From Candidatus Omnitrophota bacterium (lineage in GTDB: Bacteria > Omnitrophota > Gorgyraeia > Zapsychrales > Zapsychraceae): 57,978 nucleotides of DNA. Shown piece after piece: positions 40,463 to 48,948 of this stretch (positions within the stretch are counted from its first letter, which is position 1; each line of letters opens with the position of its first letter). The stretch lies in the NCBI GenBank assembly GCA_020632515.1, contig JACKFK010000012.1:1-57978 (forward strand), given 5' to 3'. A program made the translations under genes and the position numbers. The notes beneath the pieces are model-generated. The model did no database searches. It was given only the letters and a program-made list of their open reading frames with translations, and was not told where the DNA came from.

Positions 40463-42421
40463 TTAACCAAATGATAACGGCTCTTCTTCATTAGTTTTCT
40501 TTTTTTCTGCTGCTATCACTGGCTTATCTATATTTGTTTTTAAATTTTCTGTTTTTATTAAAATAGGTTTCTTTTCTATAGATTTCTCAACAGGCTTTGG
40601 TTTAACCTTTTGCAGTTCTTCAGAAATCTTAGGCTTAATAGCTACTTTTGTTGGAGAAACACTTTTCGTGACTGTATTTTGGATAGCATTATTAGTGATA
40701 TTTTTTTTTAATTCCTTCGCAGGAACAACTTTCAAAGGAATTTTGTTTTCTGCTATCGGTAACTTTTGAGAACTTTCTACTTTTCTTTCTTGTTGAATCT
40801 CTTTTGGCGGATTAACAATTTTTGAATCCAATACTTTTTTCCTGGTGTGAGTTTCTATTGATTTAGTCTCTGAAGACTTTTGTTTAACTAAAGGTTTCAC
40901 CGAAGTTGAATCTAACTTTATATTCTCAGACTTTACTTTTTTGGATTGCGTCAAAGCTTCATTAATCTTAAAAGTATTTATACTCGACAAAAGTTCATTG
41001 GCTTGTGTTGCCATTGATTGCGCTGCTAAGGCCAACTGTTCCGCTGCAGAAGCATTCGTTTCCGTAATTGAAGTATTTTCCTCTGTTGTGGCCGCTTGCT
41101 CCTGCGTTGCCGTCGATATAGAATTTAATTGTTCAGCAACCTGGTTAATATTGGTCACAATCTCCTTTAAACTCTCGCCAGCCGTACCGGAGACCACCGC
41201 CCCCTGTTCAACTTGCTTGGCACTTTCTTTCATCAAATTCGCAATATCATTAGCAGATGATGCGCTTCGTTCTGCTAGTTTTCGCACCTCATCCGCAACG
41301 ACAGCAAACCCTTTTCCATGTTCCCCAGCTCTAGCCGCTTCAATCGCTGCATTTAATGCCAATAAATTTGTTTGATCAGCGATATCCGTAATTATAACAA
41401 CAGCGTCTGAAATCTGTTTAGAACTCTTGGAAATAGCCTTCATAGCCTCAATAACGCTTTCCATCCCCTCACCAGCTTTATAACAATTCTTAGAAGCATT
41501 CTGAGCTAATTCATTTGCTGAATTTGCATTCGACGAATTTGCTTGAACCGAACTCGATAATTCCTCAAAAGAAGCAGCCTGCTGGTTTGCTCCATCTGAT
41601 ATTTTTTGAGTGTCAGAGGAAACATTTCGCGCAATATTAACACTGCTTTCTGTTAATTTCTTTACGTTAGACATCGTGTCATGCAATTTATCTAAAAAAA
41701 GATTAAAACCTTTCGCCATTTCTCCCAATTCATCATTTGAAATAACAGGTACACGCTGCGTTAAATCATTTGTGGAAGCAATATTATTTATAACGTTCAA
41801 AGAAGCTTTAATAGGCTTTGTTAAAAATTGTGCAAAATACCATGAAACTACAAAACCGAGAACAAGCGTTATAGGGATGACAAAAACAGATAAATTTCTA
41901 AGGCTTGTATTTTTTTTAGTCAAAAGCAAATTAATACGGGCAGACTCTGCGCTTGTCTTATGGATAATATCGATAAGAATCGTCTCAACTTCATGAGTTA
42001 AAACTTCTGTCTCATCAATTAATGAATTACCAAGACTGCGATTCTCTTCAATAAAAAGGTCTACCGATTTTAATATATTGGCATGAATTTTTTCAACAGC
42101 AGATTGAATTTGAGTTTTTTTATCAGAAGGTAAATTCTCAAAAGAACTTAATCCTGTTAAAAATTTCTTCATGTATTCTTCAAATTGAACTTCAGAAGAA
42201 TTTTTCCAAGTTAAAGCTAAATCCAGCCCCCAAAAACGAAAATTCTCAAAATGATTTAAAATATTTTCTTCTAATTCAAGAGTGTGCAAACTGTCTGCCT
42301 GCTGCTGGATAAACTTTTGTGTAGAATTTAATTGGAAAGTAATAACGAAAAGAGGAATTACGAATAAAAATATTAAACCTAAATTCAGTATTATCAACTT
42401 TGTTGAAATTTTAAAATTCAA
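40463..42421 (-). CDS. Methyl-accepting chemotaxis protein with a long basic C-terminal tail
   Basis: TM-periplasmic-TM-HAMP; [34 protein letters not shown]; TTG start. Confidence 0.93.
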   Translation of the reverse strand: MNFKISTKLIILNLGLIFLFVIPLFVITFQLNSTQKFIQQQADSLHTLELEENILNHFENFRFWGLDLALTWKNSSEVQFEEYMKKFLTGLSSFENLPSDKKTQIQSAVEKIHANILKSVDLFIEENRSLGNSLIDETEVLTHEVETILIDIIHKTSAESARINLLLTKKNTSLRNLSVFVIPITLVLGFVVSWYFAQFLTKPIKASLNVINNIASTNDLTQRVPVISNDELGEMAKGFNLFLDKLHDTMSNVKKLTESSVNIARNVSSDTQKISDGANQQAASFEELSSSVQANSSNANSANELAQNASKNCYKAGEGMESVIEAMKAISKSSKQISDAVVIITDIADQTNLLALNAAIEAARAGEHGKGFAVVADEVRKLAERSASSANDIANLMKESAKQVEQGAVVSGTAGESLKEIVTNINQVAEQLNSISTATQEQAATTEENTSITETNASAAEQLALAAQSMATQANELLSSINTFKINEALTQSKKVKSENIKLDSTSVKPLVKQKSSETKSIETHTRKKVLDSKIVNPPKEIQQERKVESSQKLPIAENKIPLKVVPAKELKKNITNNAIQNTVTKSVSPTKVAIKPKISEELQKVKPKPVEKSIEKKPILIKTENLKTNIDKPVIAAEKKKTNEEEPLSFG

Positions 42422-42437
42422 ATTGTCTACCTAAAAA

Positions 42438-42839
42438 TTACTGGTTATCCTTAGTTTTCTCTTTAATATACTTATCAATGGCCATCTTATCCCGATCCGC
42501 TATACTAACAAAGGATACTCCTATACCATAAGTGTATCCTGAACGAATAATATCTGAACGTACAACCTTAGCTAAGACAACAACGGGATCAGAACGCGTT
42601 AACGTTGTTGCATAATTAAACCCTGGCACGTATTTCCGAAGGCCTTCAATCTGAATTGCTAATTTAATCAATTCACCAATTTCATAACGAATTTTGGAAT
42701 TTATAAACGCTCCGCCTGCACAAAAATCCTTAATAGCATCATTGGAAGTCTCTCCCGTTGATGGATAGCGTGAAGAAATGACTTTATGATTCTCTTCAAT
42801 ACGCTTAAATTTACGACGTTCTTCTAATACGTTTGACAT
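42438..42839 (-). CDS. PilZ-domain protein
   Basis: ERRKFKR (RxxxR) and DFCAGG (DxSxxG-like). Confidence 0.75.
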   Translation of the reverse strand: MSNVLEERRKFKRIEENHKVISSRYPSTGETSNDAIKDFCAGGAFINSKIRYEIGELIKLAIQIEGLRKYVPGFNYATTLTRSDPVVVLAKVVRSDIIRSGYTYGIGVSFVSIADRDKMAIDKYIKEKTKDNQ

Positions 42840-42849
42840 AGTTCACATC

Positions 42850-43779
42850 CTAAATAACTAGTTTATCTACTTTTTCGACAAGGTAAACAATTTCTGGTTT
42901 AGTGATTTGATCAGCAGCCCCAACTTTTTGACATTTCATCGCCATTTCCTTAGAAATAATTGACGAAAAAACGATACAAGGCAGTTTTGTTAAAACAGGA
43001 TTGTCCTTGATATTTTTAATTAAGGACAATCCATCCATTTGTGGCATCTCAATATCAGTAATAACAAGATTAAAAAATTCTGATATATCTTTACCAGGAT
43101 TTTCTTTAACAGTTTTTTCCAATAAATTCCATGCCTCTTGTCCATTTGAAACTACACAAGACTTATATCCAGCCTGTTCCGTGTTTTCCTTAAGCAATCC
43201 TTGAATAAATGCAGAATCTTCAACGATAAGAATATTTTTTGTGCCGCGATCAAAATTTACATTTTCTGAAGAAAAATTATAATGTCCTGATTCTTGTAGA
43301 CCTGTTTCCGGATTAATATCTGAAGATATTTTCTCAAAATCCAATAAAAAAATAATTTTTTGATCCATTTTAATAATCCCAATGGCGTATTTTGACTTAC
43401 TTTGAACAAGACCGCTTGGAGTTTCAACATCTTTCCAGGAAAAACGATGAATACGCGTCACATGACTAACCCAAAAACCAACTTGGATCTTATTAAATTC
43501 TGAAACAACAATCCGACTTTTTTGCGGATCATATTCCGTATTAATTTTCAAATGTTTTGCTAAATTGACGACTGGAATAATATTTCCACGAAGATTAATA
43601 ACTCCCGAAATAGCTTCATGCGATTCGGGAACAGGAACTATTCCATCGGAAACTCGAATAATTTCCCGAACTTTTGAAACATTAATTCCGTAATATTCCT
43701 TATTAACACAGAACTCAACGATTTCAAGTTCATTAGATCCTGCTTCAATAATCTTTGTTGGCATATCGTCTACCGGCAT
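42850..43779 (-). CDS. cheV: CheW-receiver hybrid
   Basis: YGINVSKVREI CheW domain plus TDIEMPQMDG receiver. Confidence 0.92.
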   Translation of the reverse strand: MPVDDMPTKIIEAGSNELEIVEFCVNKEYYGINVSKVREIIRVSDGIVPVPESHEAISGVINLRGNIIPVVNLAKHLKINTEYDPQKSRIVVSEFNKIQVGFWVSHVTRIHRFSWKDVETPSGLVQSKSKYAIGIIKMDQKIIFLLDFEKISSDINPETGLQESGHYNFSSENVNFDRGTKNILIVEDSAFIQGLLKENTEQAGYKSCVVSNGQEAWNLLEKTVKENPGKDISEFFNLVITDIEMPQMDGLSLIKNIKDNPVLTKLPCIVFSSIISKEMAMKCQKVGAADQITKPEIVYLVEKVDKLVI

Positions 43780-43948
43780 AATCTTCTCCTTAAAATTTTA
43801 GCAGTTTCAAATACATTATTACATTCTAGAGATGAATTTTAAAAATTTTTTTTGAATATTTTTTCTTAACTTTTTGAAAATCTTTATCCAAATTAAATTT
43901 AATTAAAATTCCTAATATTTAAATGTATTAATATACACAATCTATTTT

Positions 43949-43976
43949 AGTTTAAAACATGCGGCTTATATGTCAA
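43949..43976 (-). promoter_or_regulatory. Putative sigma70 promoter for the che operon
   Basis: TTGACA-16 nt-TAAACT. Confidence 0.45.
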
Positions 43977-44064
43977 TGAAATGTTAACTTTTTTTTACTA
44001 TTTAAATTATTTTCTTTAATCCTGCAACTACCGACGAGACATTAAAAAAAATACCCGATAACAT

Positions 44065-45141
44065 TTAAGAATGGATTGACATATCAGTATACGAAGCACT
44101 ATGAGAGGAATTGTAAATATTATTCTTTTCAACCTTTGCACAAAACTCAGTGTATTTTGTCTGTACAATTTTTTCAACATCCCCGACAGCGGCCATACGA
44201 ACTTCTTTATTTTGATTAACAATTTTATCTAAATCATCAATTGTAAATAAAAGAACATTACTCAGTGTAGCCACCTCAGGAGCAATATTTCTTGGCATAG
44301 AAATATCGATAAACATCATTTTTTTAAAAGAAGATTTACGAAGCACTTTTTGAACAGTTCCTTTTTCTAAGACGTAATGGGGAGCATTTGTTGAACATAT
44401 ACACAAATCGACCTCTGTTAAAGTTTCTTTAATATCACAATATTCCACAACTTCCCCGGAATATTTACTGGCAAGATTAAGGGCATTGTCAATTGAACGG
44501 TTCATCAAATAAAGTTTTTTTAATTTTTTTTGCGCTAATTGCTTTACAGCTAACTCGCTCATTTTTCCTGCCCCAAGAATCAAAACAGATTTATTTTCCA
44601 GCGTATCTAAAACTTTTTCAGCCATGGCGATCGCCGCCCAACTTACAGAAGATCCCCCATAACAAATATTTGTCTCTGTCTGAGCTTTTTTTCCAGTTCT
44701 TAATGCAATATTAGTCAACAAATTAAAGTATTTAGATAGGGCCCCTTCTGCCCTTGCAACTTCAAAGGCATCCTTAAGCTGGCCGAGAATTTGTTTTTCA
44801 CCCAACACAAGAGAATCTAATCCGCAGATTACCCGCAGAAGATGCTCTACGCTTTTTTGTTCTCGATAAATATAAATGAAATTTTTAAAAGAAAGAATCT
44901 CTTTATTTTCTTTTATTGAAGAAATTAAATTGATAACCTCTTCTAACGGATAATAAAAATCAATAACATTAAGATAAACTTCTGTTCGATTACATGTAGA
45001 AATAACAAAGGATTCTATAACGGCAGGATTATTTTTTAACTCGCTGAGAAGTAGACGCTGCTGGGTAGCGTTTAAATAAAATTTTTCCCTAATATCAATC
45101 GGGGCTGTTTTGTGGTTAATACCAATCGTAAATAAATTCAT
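44065..45141 (-). CDS. hemA: Glutamyl-tRNA reductase (short C-terminus)
   Basis: GINHKTAP, STCNRTE, LDSLVLGE.QILGQ, GAGKM; ATG 45141 preferred. Confidence 0.93.
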   Translation of the reverse strand: MNLFTIGINHKTAPIDIREKFYLNATQQRLLLSELKNNPAVIESFVISTCNRTEVYLNVIDFYYPLEEVINLISSIKENKEILSFKNFIYIYREQKSVEHLLRVICGLDSLVLGEKQILGQLKDAFEVARAEGALSKYFNLLTNIALRTGKKAQTETNICYGGSSVSWAAIAMAEKVLDTLENKSVLILGAGKMSELAVKQLAQKKLKKLYLMNRSIDNALNLASKYSGEVVEYCDIKETLTEVDLCICSTNAPHYVLEKGTVQKVLRKSSFKKMMFIDISMPRNIAPEVATLSNVLLFTIDDLDKIVNQNKEVRMAAVGDVEKIVQTKYTEFCAKVEKNNIYNSSHSASYTDMSIHS

Positions 45142-45234
45142 TTTATCATTTATAGACAGATTAAAAATATGTTTGAAGTATAACAAAAATAAATTTAACC
45201 TTCAATCCCATTTGTTCTTTTTTCTATTAGCAAA

Positions 45235-45918
45235 TTATTCTCCAATTCGATCGGGATAATCACTAAAAATTCCGTCAACACCTAACTTTTTGAAATATGT
45301 AATTTCCTGCAAATCATTAACAGTCCACACAAAAACCTTTATTCCTTTTTTATGCGCATCATTAATTAATTTTGAATTAACAATTTTGTAATTTACATGA
45401 ATAGCATATGTTTTTATTTTTTGAGAAAATTTAAGAAACCCTAGAGAACGATACAATAATAATGCTCCAATTGGAATTTTTGATTTTAATTTTCTAATTT
45501 TTTTTAATTTACTTCGCTTAAATGAAGAAATGAGAAAATCATCATATTGCCAACCATAATAATGTACATATTTTTCAATCATATGTAACACTGGATGAAG
45601 CGTACGCCGTCCTTTTAATTCAATATTCACTTTAGCCTTACGATTGATTAATTTTAAAGCACTCTCAAGCGTAGGAATCCTTTCTCCTTTTCCGGCGTCC
45701 AATTGCTGCAACTCGGCATATGACTTTCGAATGAGATATCCTTTTCCATTGGTCGTTCGCTCAAGAGTGGGATCATGAAAAAGAACAAGTTCACCGCTTT
45801 GACAGCAATAAACATCTAACTCAATAATGTCCACTTTTAACTCTAAAGCCTTCTTAATCGAAATAAGCGTATTCTCAGGTTCATACCCTGCAGCTCCACG
45901 ATGTCCTATTTTTATCAT
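45235..45918 (-). CDS. Glycerophosphodiester phosphodiesterase family protein
   Basis: GHRG, PENT, ELDV, HD, NIELK, WTVN, DGIFSDYP. Confidence 0.92.
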   Translation of the reverse strand: MIKIGHRGAAGYEPENTLISIKKALELKVDIIELDVYCCQSGELVLFHDPTLERTTNGKGYLIRKSYAELQQLDAGKGERIPTLESALKLINRKAKVNIELKGRRTLHPVLHMIEKYVHYYGWQYDDFLISSFKRSKLKKIRKLKSKIPIGALLLYRSLGFLKFSQKIKTYAIHVNYKIVNSKLINDAHKKGIKVFVWTVNDLQEITYFKKLGVDGIFSDYPDRIGE

Positions 45919-45972
45919 AATCAGTCCTTTTGCAAAATGTTTAGTTTAATATCCTTTTCTAAACCAAGCAAT

Positions 45973-46004
45973 AAAAAAAGACCAGAAGATGTCTTCTGGT
46001 CTTT
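45973..46004 (-). terminator. Rho-independent terminator
   Basis: Perfect AAAGACCAGAAGA/TCTTCTGGTCTTT inverted repeat followed by a U tract on the minus strand. Confidence 0.85.
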
Positions 46005-46032
46005 CTATTCCAATATATTCTTAATTCGAAAA

Positions 46033-46269
46033 TTAATCTTTATTTAATTTCTTAATACTTTCTTTAACTTGCTCCAATTGATTAACAAGCTTACGTTCCA
46101 AATTTACAAGATTATCTAATATAACCTCATCAATTAACCGTTTCGCTTCATGACAAGTATATCCCTGATCCTGCAGTCGTTTATAAATTCCATGCATGAT
46201 AGAGAATTGATCATCTCCTGGCATATGCGGCTTAATCCTGGACAATTCATGTTTAATAGTTGCCTTCAT
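46033..46269 (-). CDS. Orphan helical protein (~78 aa)
   Basis: Strong GAAAGGAG RBS at 46280-46287; followed by a terminator. Confidence 0.7.
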   Translation of the reverse strand: MKATIKHELSRIKPHMPGDDQFSIMHGIYKRLQDQGYTCHEAKRLIDEVILDNLVNLERKLVNQLEQVKESIKKLNKD

Positions 46270-46298
46270 AATCAATTATCTCCTTTCATCAAGAATGC

Positions 46299-46447
46299 AG
46301 AATCGAGGGTGTCAATAAATCTATGGTGAACGATCTAGTATTATTGAATTTCTCTTGAGTAGTTATCTTCAAAATGGGAAGAATATCGCCCGCCTCAGAC
46401 TTCAATTCACCAAACTATATGATTTCAGCACGTTCAACTACGATTCT
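46299..46447 (-). ncRNA. Candidate structured RNA (6S-like irregular hairpin or cis-regulatory leader)
   Basis: AGAAUCG/CGAUUCU closing stem, UGGUGAA/UUCACCA and UUGAA/UUCAA inner stems; 5' end coincides with the predicted +1. Confidence 0.45.
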
Positions 46448-46453
46448 AGGACA

Positions 46454-46482
46454 AGTATAACATGAAGGCTAGAATATGGAAA
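46454..46482 (-). promoter_or_regulatory. sigma70 promoter driving the candidate RNA
   Basis: TTTCCA-17 nt-TATACT with extended TG; predicted +1 A at 46447. Confidence 0.6.
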
Positions 46483-46564
46483 GTCATTATGATAATTTGC
46501 TATTAATTTAAGTCGTTTATTATCATATAGTTATGGTATATATTAAAAATATTTTGAGCATATG

Positions 46565-46846
46565 CTATTTTTTATATCCACAGCACTCATCTCCTGGCCA
46601 AGACTGATCAAGAACTTTACGGATTGAAACACAAACAAACTTGCGCCCACTACGGGTTTTTCGCGGACCAAATCGGTTAGAATAAATACTGCAGTAATAT
46701 CGGTTATTTTTATCTTCTACCAAATGCTCGCATGGATCCCCATCCATAGAGCCACAACAAGCCCCACAGCGAAGACATTTCGCTTCCCATATCTGCTCTT
46801 GAGACCGTTGATATTTCTGATACCTCTTTTGATCAGAATCTGCCAT
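46565..46846 (-). CDS. Cys-rich small protein (YkgJ-like metal-chelating)
   Basis: CLRCGACC, CEHL, CSIY..R pattern. Confidence 0.65.
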   Translation of the reverse strand: MADSDQKRYQKYQRSQEQIWEAKCLRCGACCGSMDGDPCEHLVEDKNNRYYCSIYSNRFGPRKTRSGRKFVCVSIRKVLDQSWPGDECCGYKK

Positions 46847-46849
46847 TAA

Positions 46850-47098
46850 TTACCCCCCTGCCACAGGCGGTATAAAAGCCACAGAATCTCCATCCTGTAA
46901 AACTGTACTCCAAGAAACAAACTCGTCATTAACCGCAACTTTTATATCTTGCTGAGATAATGAGGACGGATAGCGCCGTTGAAATTGTTTGAATATTTCA
47001 CTCGGAGACTGCGCTGATGTTTCCAAAATCTCTTCACTTCGACCACACAGCTCACGAAAGAACGCATAATACTGAATATGGATCCTCTTACTATTCAT
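46850..47098 (-). CDS. moaD: MoaD/ThiS sulfur carrier
   Basis: VAVNDEF, C-terminal FIPPVAGG; next to moeA. Confidence 0.9.
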   Translation of the reverse strand: MNSKRIHIQYYAFFRELCGRSEEILETSAQSPSEIFKQFQRRYPSSLSQQDIKVAVNDEFVSWSTVLQDGDSVAFIPPVAGG

Positions 47099-47107
47099 AC
47101 CAACTCG

Positions 47108-47743
47108 CTATATAGGTTTATTACTAGTTATAAAAGATTTTGCTTTACGCAGCTTTTCTAATTCAGATGAAGATACATTCAACAAACTTTTTTCTGGAGG
47201 AGCAATATATTCAACATCATATTCTGTTAAAAAATGCTCAAGTGAAGGCTGATTATTTTTTAATAACTGTAGAAAGTAATCACCACATTTTGAATCATAT
47301 ATTGTGCAAAGAGTTTCAACATATCCATCTGTTGAGTTTCTAAAAGTTGTCGCTAATTTTCTTTTGTTTCTTTTTGCAATAAGATCATCTAGAAGCGCAT
47401 CATTTAATCCAGGAAAATCAGCAGAAACAACAAGCCAATCAGCCTGTGGATGTTGACTCATTGCGGAAATAATGTGCCCCATTAATCCTATCCCTTCAAA
47501 AATATTAATATCATAAATAACAGGAAAGCCTGCTAAACTTTCATCAGCCGCCTGCTCTTTTGTCGCCGATATAAAAACTTTATCACAAAATTTCGACACC
47601 AACTGATAACATTTTGCAATCTGATGCTGACCCTCAATCTGTTCCGTTAAATGACTTAAACGATGCGCTGACTGATCACGGCCTAAAACAATTAAAGCAA
47701 AGAACTTCTTTTTAGGGATTACTGTAAGTCCATTCGATCTCAT
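47108..47743 (-). CDS. MobA-like nucleotidyltransferase with a degenerate N-terminal motif
   Basis: WLVVSADFP and ETLCTIY are MobA-like; the LAGGxSxRMG loop is missing. Confidence 0.6.
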   Translation of the reverse strand: MRSNGLTVIPKKKFFALIVLGRDQSAHRLSHLTEQIEGQHQIAKCYQLVSKFCDKVFISATKEQAADESLAGFPVIYDINIFEGIGLMGHIISAMSQHPQADWLVVSADFPGLNDALLDDLIAKRNKRKLATTFRNSTDGYVETLCTIYDSKCGDYFLQLLKNNQPSLEHFLTEYDVEYIAPPEKSLLNVSSSELEKLRKAKSFITSNKPI

Positions 47744-48948
47744 CGAATAACCTCCCCTACAAACCCCTTTTGAACATGCTTCAATCCTGGAGGAATCTGC
47801 ATAAACCCTTGTGCCGCAGCTACACCCCCGAGATCACCAGACCCGCCAGTGAGAATTGTTTTCGCAACTAATTGCGCTTTATCATTAGATGTAATTTTTA
47901 TGGGCATAAAATAAGTTAACGCTGTTGGAATTTCCGCATTATTGGACAACATAGCATATTCAACGTCACGCTTGATACCTAATGCATGATCAAGACCTGG
48001 CAAAACATATTTATAAGCACATACTTGCGTAGCAATAGGATTTCCTGGCAAAGCAAAAACTGGGACCTTATTATCCGCAATTCCAAACCAAAACGGCTTT
48101 CCTGGCTTCTGCTGAACTTTATGAAACAATAATTTTACACTTAATTTCTTCAAGATTCGAGGAATAAAATCAAATTTTCCCATCGAGACGCCGCCAGTTA
48201 GTATTACTATATCAAAATTTTTTAGAATTTCTGCAATTTCTTTAAATAAAATTTCTTCATTATCAGGAAAATGAAACAATTCTATCTCTACACAATTAGT
48301 CCTTTCCAATAACGCTTTTAAAAAATAAGAATTTGATTTTCGAATCTGAAATGGTTTAACCGGACTATCGATATCGACCAATTCATCCCCATTAGAAATA
48401 ATCGCTGTTCGAATCAATTGATGCACCTTAATACGATGCTTTCCCACAGAGGCTGCAATGGCAAGCCGTTCAGGAGTTAAAACAGCATTTTTGGAAATGA
48501 GACACTGCCCCCTTTTCTGATCCTGCCCTTGCCAACGGATATATTGATTTTGATTGAGAGCAATATCCTTCTTAATTACGGCGACTCCTTCCGTAATTTC
48601 AACATCTTCAATCGGAACAATACAATCCGCCCCTTGTGAAACAACAGCCCCCGTCATAATTTCCGTACATTGCTTAGATGCAAGAATTTTGAGAGCTTCC
48701 TGACCAGCGGCTTGCGTCCCAATAATTTCAAATTGTTTTATTCCAGTTTTAAAATCTTCATATTTGATGGCAACTCCATCCATCAAAGATTTATTAAAAG
48801 GAGGCAGATCACGGTCAGCATAAATATTTTCTTTAAGAATTCGAAACGTGGCTTGGGTAAGATTTACTTCTTCTTCACCAAAAACCGGCATGTGTTTGAA
48901 AATAATTTCTCGAGCAGCATCAACTGAAATAAATATGAAATTCTGCAT
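47740..48948 (-). CDS. moeA: Molybdopterin molybdotransferase
   Basis: PPFNKSLMDG, IMTGA, GDEL, TGGVSMGKFD, QKPGKP, LPGNP. Confidence 0.93.
   Translation of the reverse strand: MQNFIFISVDAAREIIFKHMPVFGEEEVNLTQATFRILKENIYADRDLPPFNKSLMDGVAIKYEDFKTGIKQFEIIGTQAAGQEALKILASKQCTEIMTGAVVSQGADCIVPIEDVEITEGVAVIKKDIALNQNQYIRWQGQDQKRGQCLISKNAVLTPERLAIAASVGKHRIKVHQLIRTAIISNGDELVDIDSPVKPFQIRKSNSYFLKALLERTNCVEIELFHFPDNEEILFKEIAEILKNFDIVILTGGVSMGKFDFIPRILKKLSVKLLFHKVQQKPGKPFWFGIADNKVPVFALPGNPIATQVCAYKYVLPGLDHALGIKRDVEYAMLSNNAEIPTALTYFMPIKITSNDKAQLVAKTILTGGSGDLGGVAAAQGFMQIPPGLKHVQKGFVGEVIR

Noticed and set aside
46299-46447. Fluoride, Moco or c-di-GMP riboswitch, SRP RNA or tRNA
   Set aside because: Only fragmentary resemblance (GGCGAUA); the consensus cores are absent, and it lies downstream of, not upstream of, the moa genes.
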